Positions 20,645 through 31,552 of a stretch of DNA of 64,000 nucleotides are shown here, piece by piece; position 1 is the first letter of the stretch; each line of letters begins with the position of its first letter. The stretch is from positions 288,001 to 352,000 of the forward strand of contig CAZNTG010000006.1 in NCBI GenBank assembly GCA_964575955.1. Reading direction: 5' to 3'. The notes under the pieces were generated by a model. The model was not told the DNA's origin, did not search any database, and worked only from the letters and a program-made list of their open reading frames with translations. A program made the position numbers and the translations under genes. Source of the DNA: an uncultured Thermoproteaceae archaeon. GTDB taxonomy: Archaea; Thermoproteota; Thermoprotei; Thermoproteales; Thermocladiaceae.

Positions 20645-21197
20645 GTATCTCCTTTTCTATATCTTTAATAATTTTTAAACAATCTTCTTCAAGCTTTTTA
20701 AGATCTTCATAATCATTATTAATGATGTAGTCTGCATATAGGATAAGTTCTATAAGACCATAGATACTCTCTCTAAGATCTCTATGATGTATTGATGGTA
20801 CATGTTTAACATCTTCAGCTCTACCTCTAGATAATGCTCTACTTTCTCTAACACGTCTCGACGCTACAACGTATATTAGTACTGTATTGTATCCTATTTC
20901 TCTAAATGCTTCTAATTCTTCAAAACTTCTCAATCCTTCTACAATAACTACATTACTATTCTCTAACTCCTTCAAAACTTTATCAATCACTCTATTAACT
21001 ACTGCTCTTCTACCTTCTCTACATCTTAGATAAATAGCAATTTTATGAGGTTCTAAACCTGTTTTAGAAGATTCTTCTCTAATAACATCACCCATAGAGA
21101 CTATGTTGCAGTTAAAGTATTTTCTAAATATCTCAGCAACTGTGGTCTTTCCTGAACATGGTAGTCCTGAAATTAGTATAATACATTTCTTACTCAT
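20637..21197 (-). CDS. UPF0200 nucleotide kinase (dephospho-CoA kinase-like)
   Basis: GLPCSGKT, SMGDVIRE and EGLRS motifs. Confidence 0.8.
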   Translation of the reverse strand: MSKKCIILISGLPCSGKTTVAEIFRKYFNCNIVSMGDVIREESSKTGLEPHKIAIYLRCREGRRAVVNRVIDKVLKELENSNVVIVEGLRSFEELEAFREIGYNTVLIYVVASRRVRESRALSRGRAEDVKHVPSIHHRDLRESIYGLIELILYADYIINNDYEDLKKLEEDCLKIIKDIEKEIHG

Positions 21198-22387
21198 CTT
21201 CCAACTACATATTTAGCAAATTCTCTTAAAGTATCAAGATCTTCATAACTTCTTAACGCTCTACTATCCATATGTGTTTTAGAAGCATCAATACCACACT
21301 TCTTTAAAAATTCTATAAATTTCTTAACACTAATTTCTCTATTCAAACCTTTACATATCTCAATCATTGAGTAGTAAATTCTATCACTAAATACTGCTTC
21401 ATCGATGAAAGTCTCTATTAACTTTACAAGTTTTTCATTATTTGTTAAATACCTCTTATCACTATTCAATATATGGTACATCTCTCTAACAAAATCAAGA
21501 TCTATTATATGTCCTATCCATATAGGTCCAGCTATTTCATAATTCTTATACTCTCTACATGATTTACATATTGGATAATCATATATAACTACCCTATCTC
21601 CACTATCTCTATCGTATAGAATATATCCTAAGTTTCTCATAGTTTTTATAGCATCTGAAGTATCTTTACTAATAATCATGAATACTCTATAATAATGACC
21701 TTCATAATATGCTAATAGTGGTTTAATACCATAATCATGCTGTAATGCAATTCTAGCTATTGATGCAATTAATATTCTAAGTCCAATCTCTCTACTTATC
21801 GGTGCTGCATGTAGTGGTCTAGATCCATATCTTCTAATACATTTAAGTGCATATCTACCCATCAATACTCCAACATCTGTAGCTGTTACACATAGAAGTC
21901 CGTTGTGTCTTAAGCATCTTAATGCAGGATCAATAAACTTTATTGGTGATCCAAATGGATCTATGTCTACAACATCTACACGTCTATCTTCAAGATTTAG
22001 TAGTAGTTTTGATGCTTCCATATTGTATATTTCAACTTTATCAAAAACATTCAATTTTTCACAATTTAATTTTATTAGCTTATATGCTTTAATATCTATG
22101 TCATTCATTATTACTTTAGATGTTGATGATGTTTCTATAATATATCTTAAACCTCTAACACCTGTACCTGATAGAGGTTCACATATAGTTAAGTCTTTGT
22201 AGTTGAATAATTTTGAGTATGCATCTATTGCAAGTACTGATATTGATCTATTAATCTCCATTGCAGGATTGTAAAATACTGGTGCATGTGCTGGTTCAAT
22301 CTTCTTACCAACCTTATACTTCTCTAAATTTGGTACAAGTACTCTAGTCTTACCTTCAACTATCTCAATAAGTTCTCCAATTTCCAT
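21194..22387 (-). CDS. trm1: tRNA (guanine26-N2)-dimethyltransferase
   Basis: PVFYNP.M..NR, SGTGVRGLR, DIDPFGSP and VTATD motifs. Confidence 0.93.
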   Translation of the reverse strand: MEIGELIEIVEGKTRVLVPNLEKYKVGKKIEPAHAPVFYNPAMEINRSISVLAIDAYSKLFNYKDLTICEPLSGTGVRGLRYIIETSSTSKVIMNDIDIKAYKLIKLNCEKLNVFDKVEIYNMEASKLLLNLEDRRVDVVDIDPFGSPIKFIDPALRCLRHNGLLCVTATDVGVLMGRYALKCIRRYGSRPLHAAPISREIGLRILIASIARIALQHDYGIKPLLAYYEGHYYRVFMIISKDTSDAIKTMRNLGYILYDRDSGDRVVIYDYPICKSCREYKNYEIAGPIWIGHIIDLDFVREMYHILNSDKRYLTNNEKLVKLIETFIDEAVFSDRIYYSMIEICKGLNREISVKKFIEFLKKCGIDASKTHMDSRALRSYEDLDTLREFAKYVVGR

Positions 22388-22395
22388 AAAATGTT

Positions 22396-23226
22396 TTATT
22401 CACCATTTATGATTGGTTTTACTTCTAGAATTTCTGTAACTTCTTTAACTTCATTTGAAAAAGTTTTTTTAGAAACTACCATATACTTCTCAGATTCTGA
22501 ACATGACATTACTAGCTTTCCATGAGTTTTCTCAAGTTTATATGCTTCTTCAGGTACTATTGAGTATTTTCTAGATATATCATCAATATCTATCTTTCTA
22601 TTCTCCATATATTTTCTACATACTTCAAATTTTGGTTCAATATCAACTTTCTCAATAATATCCTCACCAAATATCTGCATTAATATCCTTGCTGTTCTCT
22701 CTGATGCTTCAAAAGTTCCTCTCTCATATTCATACACAGTCTTCCTACTTACATGAAGTATCTCTGCAACATCTCCAAGACTCATACCAAACTGTTCTCT
22801 ACGCTTTCTCAACTCTTCACCTCTAATCTTTGCTTTAACGATACCTCTATCTTTTACAAGTCTTATAGGTTCACCCTTGACAACTTTTCTAAATGCTGCA
22901 ATACTTACAGCAGATATTCCAAGCTTTCTATATACTGTGTCAGATTTCAATTTCTCTCCAGATTCTTTAACACCAACTATTATCGGTATTGCACATGTTA
23001 TTTTTGATAGAATTGCCATATCTATCAATTCTTCTCTAGATACTGTAGATACGTCATATACAGCCTTTATTAGAATTTTCTTCTCATCATCACCCAACTT
23101 TGCACATGCAACAACGTTGTACGATAATGATGTGTCAGGTATCTTGACTAGTCTAGACTTTCCAGACTCCTCTAATATTTTCTCAATTTTTGAAAGTAAA
23201 ACTGAGATTATCGTTGATTTATCCAT
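22396..23226 (-). CDS. XRE-type HTH transcriptional regulator (COG1395-like)
   Basis: LRKRREQFGMSLGDVAEILHVSRKTVYEYERG. Confidence 0.85.
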   Translation of the reverse strand: MDKSTIISVLLSKIEKILEESGKSRLVKIPDTSLSYNVVACAKLGDDEKKILIKAVYDVSTVSREELIDMAILSKITCAIPIIVGVKESGEKLKSDTVYRKLGISAVSIAAFRKVVKGEPIRLVKDRGIVKAKIRGEELRKRREQFGMSLGDVAEILHVSRKTVYEYERGTFEASERTARILMQIFGEDIIEKVDIEPKFEVCRKYMENRKIDIDDISRKYSIVPEEAYKLEKTHGKLVMSCSESEKYMVVSKKTFSNEVKEVTEILEVKPIINGE

Positions 23227-23284
23227 CTCTCACCTAAAATATTATTTTTAGGATTAATTAACCATTTTCTTAAATGTTTATCTA

Positions 23285-24001
23285 TTATCCAGTCTTTCTA
23301 GCTATAACCATTGCATGTGCAACATCGTAAGGTTCTAGATGTACCATATCTACAATTTCAAATCCTCTCTCCTTTAGATGATCTATCTCTCTCTTAAATG
23401 TCTCATCAGGAGCTTTTGTGACATCTATAGACATTGCCTTAATTACTAGCATTACATGTCCATGTTTTCTTAAGAATACGTCAGCATTATCTGCAACTAT
23501 CTTAGCTTGGAATGGCTGTGCAACATCTATATATACAACATCTACTTTCTTGACAATTGATACATACTGCTCAGGATATCTAGCATCTGCAAGTATTGGT
23601 ATACAGTTTGTTCTTCCTTGATCAATTATTTTCTCCATGAATTCTCTAAATACTCTAGCTGAGAACTCTACTGCATATACAATACCTTCATTACCAATAA
23701 TATCACTTACATGACTTACAGTTGTTCCTGATGCTGCACCTAGGTAGAGAACTTTAGTACCTCTCTTAATAGGCATCTCCTTAAGACCATTCAATATTGC
23801 TGCTGCAAGCTTGCTCCTATATGGATTCCATACTCTATACTCTTCACCCTCCCATTGAACTAGAGGTTCACCATAGACTCTCCTACCGGGAGTTAGGTTC
23901 TTTGTAGCTATTCTCTCACTACCATCTTCAAAAGATATGAAGTAGACACCTTCAAACCTATCGTGAGGTCTAACATTTACAGGCTTTATTAGTGATGACA
24001 T
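23285..24001 (-). CDS. flpA: Fibrillarin rRNA/tRNA 2'-O-methyltransferase
   Basis: [31 protein letters not shown] and DVAQP motifs. Confidence 0.96.
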   Translation of the reverse strand: MSSLIKPVNVRPHDRFEGVYFISFEDGSERIATKNLTPGRRVYGEPLVQWEGEEYRVWNPYRSKLAAAILNGLKEMPIKRGTKVLYLGAASGTTVSHVSDIIGNEGIVYAVEFSARVFREFMEKIIDQGRTNCIPILADARYPEQYVSIVKKVDVVYIDVAQPFQAKIVADNADVFLRKHGHVMLVIKAMSIDVTKAPDETFKREIDHLKERGFEIVDMVHLEPYDVAHAMVIARKTG

Positions 24002-24065
24002 ACTAAAAATCTAGGATTGTTGTAGATTTATAAATCTAAGTTTATTATTGAGAATTTTCCTATGT

Positions 24066-24689
24066 TTAGATTCTGAACTTATATGTCTGTTTTAATGCTT
24101 CAAAACATGCTTTTACAAAGTTTATTGTTGTTCTAGTCTCTCCTTTAGTCCATGTCCACACATCTTTAATTCCTGCTAATCTTAATACAGCTTTTAGTGG
24201 ATCTGCAGCTACGAGTCCTTTACCTTTTGGTGCTGGTATTAGTCTAACTCTAACACTTCCACACTTACCCTCAACTTTGAATGGAACACTGTGAGGTTCA
24301 TTACACAGACAGTACCATGATCCACAACCTCTCCTTACAGGTATTATGTTTAGTTTAGCTTCTCTAATAGCTTTTTCAATTGCTACACTTATCTGTCTTG
24401 CCTTTCCTATACCTACACCAACATAGCCATCCTCATTACCTACAACTACAAGTACCTGAAATTGACTAACTTCACCATGCTCTGTCTGTCTTTGGACAAT
24501 GTTTATGTTTAGTACTTCATGCTTAAGATCAGGTAGTAGATAGTCAACTATTTCAGGTTCTCTTATGGGTAAGTTAAGTCTAAATATGTCATCTATAGAC
24601 TTTATCTTACCCTCCTTAACAAGCTTACCAACATATGTTCTAGGTTCCCAAGACTCTAATGATGGCGCTGATATTAATGACATCGACAT
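24066..24689 (-). CDS. rps5: 30S ribosomal protein uS5
   Basis: [18 protein letters not shown] and RLIPAPKG motifs. Confidence 0.95.
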   Translation of the reverse strand: MSMSLISAPSLESWEPRTYVGKLVKEGKIKSIDDIFRLNLPIREPEIVDYLLPDLKHEVLNINIVQRQTEHGEVSQFQVLVVVGNEDGYVGVGIGKARQISVAIEKAIREAKLNIIPVRRGCGSWYCLCNEPHSVPFKVEGKCGSVRVRLIPAPKGKGLVAADPLKAVLRLAGIKDVWTWTKGETRTTINFVKACFEALKQTYKFRI

Positions 24690-24733
24690 GACATGTCTAA
24701 AACCCCTACTTAAATCTTCCTAAATGTATTAGA

Positions 24734-24748
24734 GGAAAAGTATATAAG
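24734..24748 (+). promoter_or_regulatory. BRE-TATA promoter for the 24771 ncRNA candidate
   Basis: GGAAAAG-TATATAAG ending 22 nt before the hairpin. Confidence 0.6.
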
Positions 24749-24770
24749 CTAAAGACTATACAACTACAAT

Positions 24771-24836
24771 AGCCCACCCCCAACGCCCAGGTAATCCTGG
24801 GTGGATGAGAGGGGTTGGGTTACCCCCGGCGAACCA
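24771..24836 (+). ncRNA. K-turn hairpin RNA, candidate atypical H/ACA-like pseudouridine guide
   Basis: GC-rich island with stems CGCCCAGG/CCTGGGTG and AGCCCACCCC/GGGGTTGGGTT, K-turn-like GAT-GAG/CAA loop, single-stranded 3' tail, then a T-run. Confidence 0.6.
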
Positions 24837-24868
24837 TTTTTAAAACTTCGATAATCTAGTCTTGATGT

Positions 24869-25171
24869 ATGTCATCATCAAAGTCTAGTAAATCTCAATC
24901 TTCAAGATCTAAGAGTAGTAAGAAGGAGAAGCTTCTACTATCTAGAGTAATGGAGCATGAACTTGTACCTCATGCAGAGATTGTTCCTAAAGATGAAGCT
25001 AAGAAAATTCTTAAACAGATGAATGCAGCACCATGGCAAATACCTTGGATTCGTGCTAGTGATCCTCTAGTTAGGATGATTGGTGCTAAACCTGGAGATA
25101 TTATTAAAATTGTTAGAAAATCACCAACAGCTGGTGAAGTTGTTGTTTATAGAATTGTTGTTCCAGGTTAG
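24869..25171 (+). CDS. rpoH: RNA polymerase subunit Rpo5 (H)
   Basis: [17 protein letters not shown] and [18 protein letters not shown] motifs. Confidence 0.95.
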   Translation: MSSSKSSKSQSSRSKSSKKEKLLLSRVMEHELVPHAEIVPKDEAKKILKQMNAAPWQIPWIRASDPLVRMIGAKPGDIIKIVRKSPTAGEVVVYRIVVPG

Positions 25172-25800
25172 ACCTCTACGATAACTCTAACAGGAGATGC
25201 AGTTGCATTAACTATCTTTAGAGGAATTGCATAATACCTGACTCTCCTATTTAACACATGTTTTAGATTGCATAGATTTTCGATTATGGGTATATTATTT
25301 GATAGTAGTATTTTATGTGCTTCAAATGTTGTAGATTCTGCAGGATCTATACTTGGAGAATCAATACCTACAAGACTAGGTTTAAGTGATACTAGAAATT
25401 CTGCAGCATCTTTACTAATACCAGGACATCTATACACATACTCATCTCTACCATACATGTCTTCCCAACCTGTGTATAGAAATATTGCGTCTCCCTCTCT
25501 ATATTCTACATTTTTTATACAACTTTCAATATCTCTACCAGTTACTACATGTCTATTTGATACATCTATAACTACTGCATATCCAATAAATTTTTCAATA
25601 CTAATCTTATCAATACTTAAACCATTTTCAATAAAGTGTAATGGTGCATCCATATGTGTAGCTACGTGAGTTATTGTATATATAACTTCAGATCTAAAGC
25701 CATGAATATCATGTTTAGCCCATGTCAATATCTTAACTTTTGGATATAGTGGAAATACTTGTGTATCTTCACATATCTCTCTACTCAAATCTAAGTACAT
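25168..25800 (-). CDS. Cyclase/kynurenine formamidase family hydrolase
   Basis: [25 protein letters not shown] and ASPVR motifs. Confidence 0.88.
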   Translation of the reverse strand: MYLDLSREICEDTQVFPLYPKVKILTWAKHDIHGFRSEVIYTITHVATHMDAPLHFIENGLSIDKISIEKFIGYAVVIDVSNRHVVTGRDIESCIKNVEYREGDAIFLYTGWEDMYGRDEYVYRCPGISKDAAEFLVSLKPSLVGIDSPSIDPAESTTFEAHKILLSNNIPIIENLCNLKHVLNRRVRYYAIPLKIVNATASPVRVIVEV

Positions 25801-25906
25801 GAGTACATTCTAGAACTTGTAAGATTTTATTAAATACCTCAAGTACTTAAACATGCATATTCTCAACATGAGTTAGCTATATAAGTAGAAGTGTTCTATC
25901 CGTACA

Positions 25907-27328
25907 ATGGTCTTTCGTGAAAAACTTCCAAGTACTACAATACTCACATTTAACGATGTCATTCTCCTTCCAGGATTTACAGATGTAGACCCGGTAGAGG
26001 TTGATGTTAGTACTCAAGTATCAACATCTGTGAAGATAAATATTCCAATAGTATCATCACCGATGGATACAGTAACTGAGCATGAACTTGCAATATCATT
26101 AGCTAGACTTGGAGGTATTGGTATAGTTCATAGAAATGTAAGTATTGATGAACAGGTTGAGATGGTTAAGAAGGTTAAAGATGCACCACAATATCCTGTA
26201 TATCTCTGCTATGTTGAATCAACTTCAAAATGTAGAGACGCACTCAACATGATGAGAGAGTTATCTATAGACTACATCCCTATTGTTAAGGATGGTATTG
26301 TTATAGGATTTCTAAATAAGATTGATGCATTAAAATATCCTGATGATAATGTAGTAGAACATGCTAGAAGACCTGTAATAGCTAATCTCTATGAAGATCC
26401 TCAAAGTATTAAAAGGAAGATGTTAGAAAATGATGTCGATACTGTAGCTATAGTAGACTCATCAGGAAAGTTTGTTGGAATTGTAACAATATGGAATTTA
26501 GATTCAAATAAACCATTTACACCATGTGTAGATTCAGAAGGTAGATTGAGAGTTGGTGCTGCTATATCTCCATTTGATATTAATAGAATAAAGAAGCTTG
26601 ATAAGTATGTTGATGTTCTCGTTCTAGATGTTGCAAATGCTGCACATATGAAGATAATATCATCTATAAAGAATATATGTAAAGAAATTTCATCAGACCT
26701 AGTCGTAGGTAATGTAGGTACTTATGAGAGTGCTGTAGAGATTATTACTAGAGTTGAGAAGATTGATGGTTTTAGAGTTGGAATTGCTAGTGGATCAATA
26801 TGTAGTACTGGAGTTGTTACAGGTGTTGCAGCACCAACACTTTGGGCTACTGCACAGGTTGCTGATGCAGCTAGAGATTATGGATTGAAAGTTCCAATAA
26901 TTGCTGATGGTGGTATTAAGAGTCCTGGAGATGCTGTTAAAGCATTTGCTGTAGGTGCATGGTGTGTAATGCTTGGTAGAGTTCTAGCTCAAGCATATGA
27001 ATCTCCAAGTCCAATAATAACTATAGGAGATAGAAAGTATAAGTATTATAGAGGTATGGCTAGTGAAGGTGCTAGAGTTAGGAGATTTGCAGTTGATAGA
27101 TATAGTAGAAAGGTTAAAGATATATCTGAAGGTGTTGAAGGTCTAGTACCGTATAGAGGAACCTTAGAGCAGATTATTAAAGAATTTGTGAGTGGTATAC
27201 AAGCATCTATGGGATATATAGGTGCTAGATCAATACCTGAATGTTGGGAAAAAGCTAAACTAGGACTTGTAACATCTCTAGGGAGGAGAGAAGTAGAGCC
27301 ACATAGCATATATCTAAGAATTGAATGA
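25907..27328 (+). CDS. guaB: IMP dehydrogenase
   Basis: SSPMDTVTE, CBS pair, GSICST, IADGGI and YRGMAS motifs. Confidence 0.93.
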   Translation: MVFREKLPSTTILTFNDVILLPGFTDVDPVEVDVSTQVSTSVKINIPIVSSPMDTVTEHELAISLARLGGIGIVHRNVSIDEQVEMVKKVKDAPQYPVYLCYVESTSKCRDALNMMRELSIDYIPIVKDGIVIGFLNKIDALKYPDDNVVEHARRPVIANLYEDPQSIKRKMLENDVDTVAIVDSSGKFVGIVTIWNLDSNKPFTPCVDSEGRLRVGAAISPFDINRIKKLDKYVDVLVLDVANAAHMKIISSIKNICKEISSDLVVGNVGTYESAVEIITRVEKIDGFRVGIASGSICSTGVVTGVAAPTLWATAQVADAARDYGLKVPIIADGGIKSPGDAVKAFAVGAWCVMLGRVLAQAYESPSPIITIGDRKYKYYRGMASEGARVRRFAVDRYSRKVKDISEGVEGLVPYRGTLEQIIKEFVSGIQASMGYIGARSIPECWEKAKLGLVTSLGRREVEPHSIYLRIE

Positions 27329-27373
27329 AGAGCCTTACGGGCTCTGAAATGTGATGAAGATTAGGATTGCAGA
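27325..27373 (+). ncRNA. C/D box sRNA overlapping the guaB stop codon
   Basis: ATGAAGA-GCCTTACGGGCT-CTGA-AAT-GTGATGA-AGATTAGGATTG-CAGA. Confidence 0.7.
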
Positions 27374-27452
27374 TCATAAACATCTTGTTTACATTAAATG
27401 CACAGATCAATAATACATTTATATCCTGACACTCCTAATCGTGTAGGTATAG

Positions 27453-28136
27453 ATGAACAACTTGAAGATATGTATTGAGAAATTGAGAAATGGTGAACCA
27501 ATACTAATATACGATTTTGATAGTAGAGAAGGTGAAGCTGATATAGTATTCAGAGCTTCAACTATAGATCCTGATAAGATAAAGTTGATGAGAAAAATTG
27601 CAGGTGGTTTAATATGTTTTGTAACTAGCTACGATATAGGTGTTAAGCTCGGACTTGACTTACAGACAAGAATTTTTCAAAAATTAGACGGTATGAATAG
27701 ACTGTTAAAAAAGCCTAAGTATGGTGATGAACCAGCATTTTCAATATGGGTTAACCATGTAGATGTGAGTACAGGTATTAGAGATGTTGACAGAGCATTA
27801 ACAATAAGGAGATTGGCAGAGGTTGTGAAGATTGTTGAAAATGGAGATGTTGAAAATGGTAGAGAAGTGTTCTATAGAGAATTCTACACGCCAGGTCATG
27901 TACCAATACTCTTAGGTAGAATTGGCAAACGTTGGGGTCATACAGAACTTTCATTAATAATTTCAAAAATTGCAAATATTGAACCAGCACTTGTAATATG
28001 TGAGGTTTTGTATGAATCTAATACAGTTCCAACATTTGAAGAATATTTAAAAATTGCAAAAGATTTAAATACTATAATTATTAGAGGAAGTGATATAGTT
28101 AGACTTTATAGAGAACTAGAGAGTGTTAAGATATGA
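27453..28136 (+). CDS. ribB: 3,4-dihydroxy-2-butanone 4-phosphate synthase
   Basis: DSREGEAD, GGLIC, TGI.D.DRA.T, PGHV, GHTE and CE motifs. Confidence 0.92.
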   Translation: MNNLKICIEKLRNGEPILIYDFDSREGEADIVFRASTIDPDKIKLMRKIAGGLICFVTSYDIGVKLGLDLQTRIFQKLDGMNRLLKKPKYGDEPAFSIWVNHVDVSTGIRDVDRALTIRRLAEVVKIVENGDVENGREVFYREFYTPGHVPILLGRIGKRWGHTELSLIISKIANIEPALVICEVLYESNTVPTFEEYLKIAKDLNTIIIRGSDIVRLYRELESVKI

Positions 28137-28618
28137 TTATAGGTATTGTAGATACAACATTTGCACGTGTTGACATGGCTAGATATGCTATAGAGGAAAT
28201 ACAGTCAATAAATCCAAAAGCGATAATTCGAAGAATAACTGTTCCAGGCTTTAAAAATACTCCATGGGCTGCTAAGAAACTTATTGATGATGGATGTGAT
28301 GGAGTACTTGTACTTGGATGGATTGGAAAATCTCTAACAGACAAGATAACTTATGCTGTAGCTTCTATAGGTCTTATACTACTTCAAATAGAGACAGGAA
28401 AGTTAATCATAGACGTTACTGTTCATGAAGATGAGAGTGAGAATGAGAGAGAACTATACAACATAGCTATTGATAGAACAAGAAAACATGCTAGAAATCT
28501 AGTAATGCTACTACAGGATAGAGATCTAACAAAATATGCTGGTAAAGGATTAAGACAGGGAAGACCTGATGTTGGTCCAATACTTGAAGATCTTGGTGAT
28601 AAATTTATTGAGTGGTAA
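28133..28618 (+). CDS. ribC: Archaeal riboflavin synthase
   Basis: IGIVDTTFARVDM, VHEDE and AGKGLRQG motifs. Confidence 0.92.
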   Translation: MIIGIVDTTFARVDMARYAIEEIQSINPKAIIRRITVPGFKNTPWAAKKLIDDGCDGVLVLGWIGKSLTDKITYAVASIGLILLQIETGKLIIDVTVHEDESENERELYNIAIDRTRKHARNLVMLLQDRDLTKYAGKGLRQGRPDVGPILEDLGDKFIEW

Positions 28619-28619
28619 T

Positions 28620-29318
28620 TTAGCTAGTACAGGTATATACTGTATATGACTCTTCTCTAGTATCAACATCACCTATCAACATTTGTGAAAGTTTTTCAGA
28701 CATCTTAACAGCATCGTATGTTACAGATCCTGTAGTTATTACATATCTAACATTTAGTATTGAGAGGTTTGTTATAAATGTTGAATCTATATTCATAGTT
28801 GTTGCAATAATTAATCTATCTAACATACTCTTCATCCTATATACAAGACCGATAATCTTATAGAGCATTGAGTCTAGACATCTCTCAATTATGAGACCAA
28901 TAACTCTACGCTTATCTATACTATATATTACTGATGTGTCAGCCATATTATTAATTTTGTAATATTCAGCTTCTTTAGCAAGATTCACAATAATCTCACT
29001 ATCAATATCTTCACATGAGAATTTTCTATATACATGTTCATACTTACCTGAGGTTAATGTATTTACTATTATTTCATCTTCCTCAGCTTTAAATATGAAT
29101 ACTTGCTCAGGTTTATATCCTAGAAGTATTGAATATCCCTGTCCTAGAAGTTCTAAATCTCTAGGTATTACTCTAATTGTGCAGTGTTGTCTACCATCTA
29201 TAAGTAGTGTACATTCACAAGTTCTTATGAGCTCTTTTTCAATCTCTACCTGAGAACCTTTGATAATCTTTTTAACTTTAATCTTCTCTAAATGTGTAAT
29301 CACTCTAAGACACCTCAT
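28620..29318 (-). CDS. Divergent FdhD-like protein
   Basis: P.DLE.LG.G-like and VTYDAVK motifs; canonical RHNA motif missing. Confidence 0.45.
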   Translation of the reverse strand: MRCLRVITHLEKIKVKKIIKGSQVEIEKELIRTCECTLLIDGRQHCTIRVIPRDLELLGQGYSILLGYKPEQVFIFKAEEDEIIVNTLTSGKYEHVYRKFSCEDIDSEIIVNLAKEAEYYKINNMADTSVIYSIDKRRVIGLIIERCLDSMLYKIIGLVYRMKSMLDRLIIATTMNIDSTFITNLSILNVRYVITTGSVTYDAVKMSEKLSQMLIGDVDTREESYTVYTCTS

Positions 29319-29367
29319 GTATAGGATAGGAGAAGTTTAATAAACATGTACTAGCGACTCTCTCAAC

Positions 29368-30093
29368 ATGTTCTCACCCGTAGCCTATGGCTATGATAGA
29401 GCTATAACAATATTTAGTCCAGAGGGAGAACTCTACCAAGTACGTTATGCAGGTGAGGCTGTTAAGAAGGGTTGGTCTACCATTGGCATTAAGTGTAGGG
29501 AAGGTGTTGTACTAGCTGCTGAGAAGAGGAGAATTAGCCCATTGATAGATCTTGAAAGTATTGAGAAGATATACATGATTGATGAACATGTTGCTGTAGC
29601 ACCTTCAGGTCTTCTAGCAGATGCTAGAGTATTGATAGAATATGCTAGATATGAAGCACAGATACATAGATTACTATATGATGAGCCTATAGATGTAGAA
29701 TTACTAACTAGAAGGATAAGTGATCTAAAACAAGCATATACTCAACATGGTGGTGTAAGACCATTTGGAGCAGCACTAATTGTTGGAGGTGTAGATAGAC
29801 ATGGACCAAGACTATTTCAAACAGATCCTGGAGGAATATATTTTGGATATTATGCAACAGCTGTAGGGTCTGGAGCATCTACAATACTTGACTTTCTAGA
29901 GAAGAACTATAAGTATGATATGACTATTGAAGAATGTATTAAACTTGCAGTATTAGCATTGAGTAAGGTTATTGAGAGTGTAGAACCTGATAAGATGGAG
30001 ATTGGTGTAATAACTGTTAAAGATAAGAAGTTTAGAAAGTTGACACGTGAAGAGATTAGTAAAGTTCTTGAAGAAGTTAAGTCACAATCCTAG
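29368..30093 (+). CDS. psmA: Proteasome alpha subunit
   Basis: YDRAITIFSPEG.LYQV.YA and GVRPFG motifs. Confidence 0.96.
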   Translation: MFSPVAYGYDRAITIFSPEGELYQVRYAGEAVKKGWSTIGIKCREGVVLAAEKRRISPLIDLESIEKIYMIDEHVAVAPSGLLADARVLIEYARYEAQIHRLLYDEPIDVELLTRRISDLKQAYTQHGGVRPFGAALIVGGVDRHGPRLFQTDPGGIYFGYYATAVGSGASTILDFLEKNYKYDMTIEECIKLAVLALSKVIESVEPDKMEIGVITVKDKKFRKLTREEISKVLEEVKSQS

Positions 30094-30143
30094 ACTAGGA
30101 AAAGGATAAAATCTATCATTAAACTTAACTAACAGATCTTGAA

Positions 30144-30842
30144 ATGACTAAGAAGGTAGCTATAGCTAAGTATGATGCAAAAGGTGAACATTTTGAAATA
30201 CTTGTAGATCCAGATCTAGCACTTGAATTTAGACTTGGAAAATCTATAAGTATAGACAAGATATTGATATCAGACACAGTTTATAGAGACGCTAAGAAGG
30301 GTTTGAGAGCTAGTGAAAGTTCATTAATGAAAGTATTTGGAACAACAGATATCAAGAAAATTGCTGAGAAAATACTTAGAGAAGGTGAACTACCACTAAC
30401 GGCCGATCAGAGAAGAAGACTTATTGAGCAGAAGAAACGTCAAATAATTGAGTGGATATGTAGAAACTGTATTGATGTTAGAACTAGAACACCTGTACCA
30501 CCACAGAGAGTTGAAAATGCTCTAGAACAGGTTGGTGTTGGTATAGACCCATTTAAACCCGTTGAAGAACAGATAAATAACATATTGAAACAACTACAGA
30601 AAGTTATTCCAATAAAGATAGCTATCGCAGAGGTCGAAGTTAGAATACCACCACAATTCTCACATAAAGCTAGAAATGTCCTAGCTAAGATGGGTAAAGT
30701 AACATCAGAAAAATATGAGAGTGATGGAACATTAATACTAAGACTTGAAATACCTGCAGGACTACAAGATGGATTAATATCAAAAGTAAACGAATTAACA
30801 CATGGTGAAGGTGAAGTTAAGATACTTGGAGTAACAACATAG
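30144..30842 (+). CDS. Ribosome maturation factor SBDS/Sdo1
   Basis: HFEILVDP, FGTTD and P.PPQR.ENA motifs; lies between psmA and rrp4. Confidence 0.93.
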   Translation: MTKKVAIAKYDAKGEHFEILVDPDLALEFRLGKSISIDKILISDTVYRDAKKGLRASESSLMKVFGTTDIKKIAEKILREGELPLTADQRRRLIEQKKRQIIEWICRNCIDVRTRTPVPPQRVENALEQVGVGIDPFKPVEEQINNILKQLQKVIPIKIAIAEVEVRIPPQFSHKARNVLAKMGKVTSEKYESDGTLILRLEIPAGLQDGLISKVNELTHGEGEVKILGVTT

Positions 30843-30847
30843 TCAAC

Positions 30848-31552
30848 ATGACTCTATACGTAACAAATAGACAAATAGTACTTCCAGGAGATCCAATAGC
30901 AACAAGAGAATACTCAGTTACAGGAGCTGTATATTGGGAAGGTAATTGTGCATATGCATCAACTATAGCATTAGTAGACATAAAAAATGAGAGAGAGATA
31001 AATGTCATACCTCTAAGTGGAACATACAAACCTAGAATTGGAGATATAGTTATTGGATATGTTACAGATATAATGATAACAGGATGGGAAGTTGACATTA
31101 AGTCTCCATATAGAGCATACTTACCAGTACAGGAAGCAACATTGAAATATGTAGATATAACATCTACAGACTTGAGAACATTACTAGATATTAATGATGT
31201 AATACTTGCAAGAATAATAGACTTCAACCTCTCATATGAGATCCCTGTAACATTAACAATAAAAGAAGCAAAACTTGGAAAAATAACCACAGGAACGATA
31301 GTAGAAATACAACCTGTAAAAGTTCCAAGAGTAATAGGTAAGAAAGGATCCATGGTATCACTATTTAAGGAAGAATTAAACTGTGATGTTATAGTCGGTC
31401 AAAATGGTAGAATATGGATTAAATGTCAAGATCCTAGAGATGAAACATTTCTAACACAGATAATAAAATTAATTGAAAGTGAGAGTCACCTACCTGGATT
31501 AACTGAGAAAGTTAGAAGCTTAATTAAGAGGTATAAACTTTCAAAAACATGA
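30848..31552 (+). CDS. rrp4: Exosome RNA-binding protein Rrp4
   Basis: VLPGD, Y.P..GDIVIG, KVPRVIGKKGSM and VGQNGRIW motifs. Confidence 0.93.
   Translation: MTLYVTNRQIVLPGDPIATREYSVTGAVYWEGNCAYASTIALVDIKNEREINVIPLSGTYKPRIGDIVIGYVTDIMITGWEVDIKSPYRAYLPVQEATLKYVDITSTDLRTLLDINDVILARIIDFNLSYEIPVTLTIKEAKLGKITTGTIVEIQPVKVPRVIGKKGSMVSLFKEELNCDVIVGQNGRIWIKCQDPRDETFLTQIIKLIESESHLPGLTEKVRSLIKRYKLSKT

Noticed and set aside
24771-24836. Hairpin as tRNA or split-tRNA half, 5S rRNA, SRP RNA or RNase P RNA
   Set aside because: Too short. GGTTCG on the minus strand is not followed by a T-arm (AATCC), and SRP and RNase P conserved motifs are absent.
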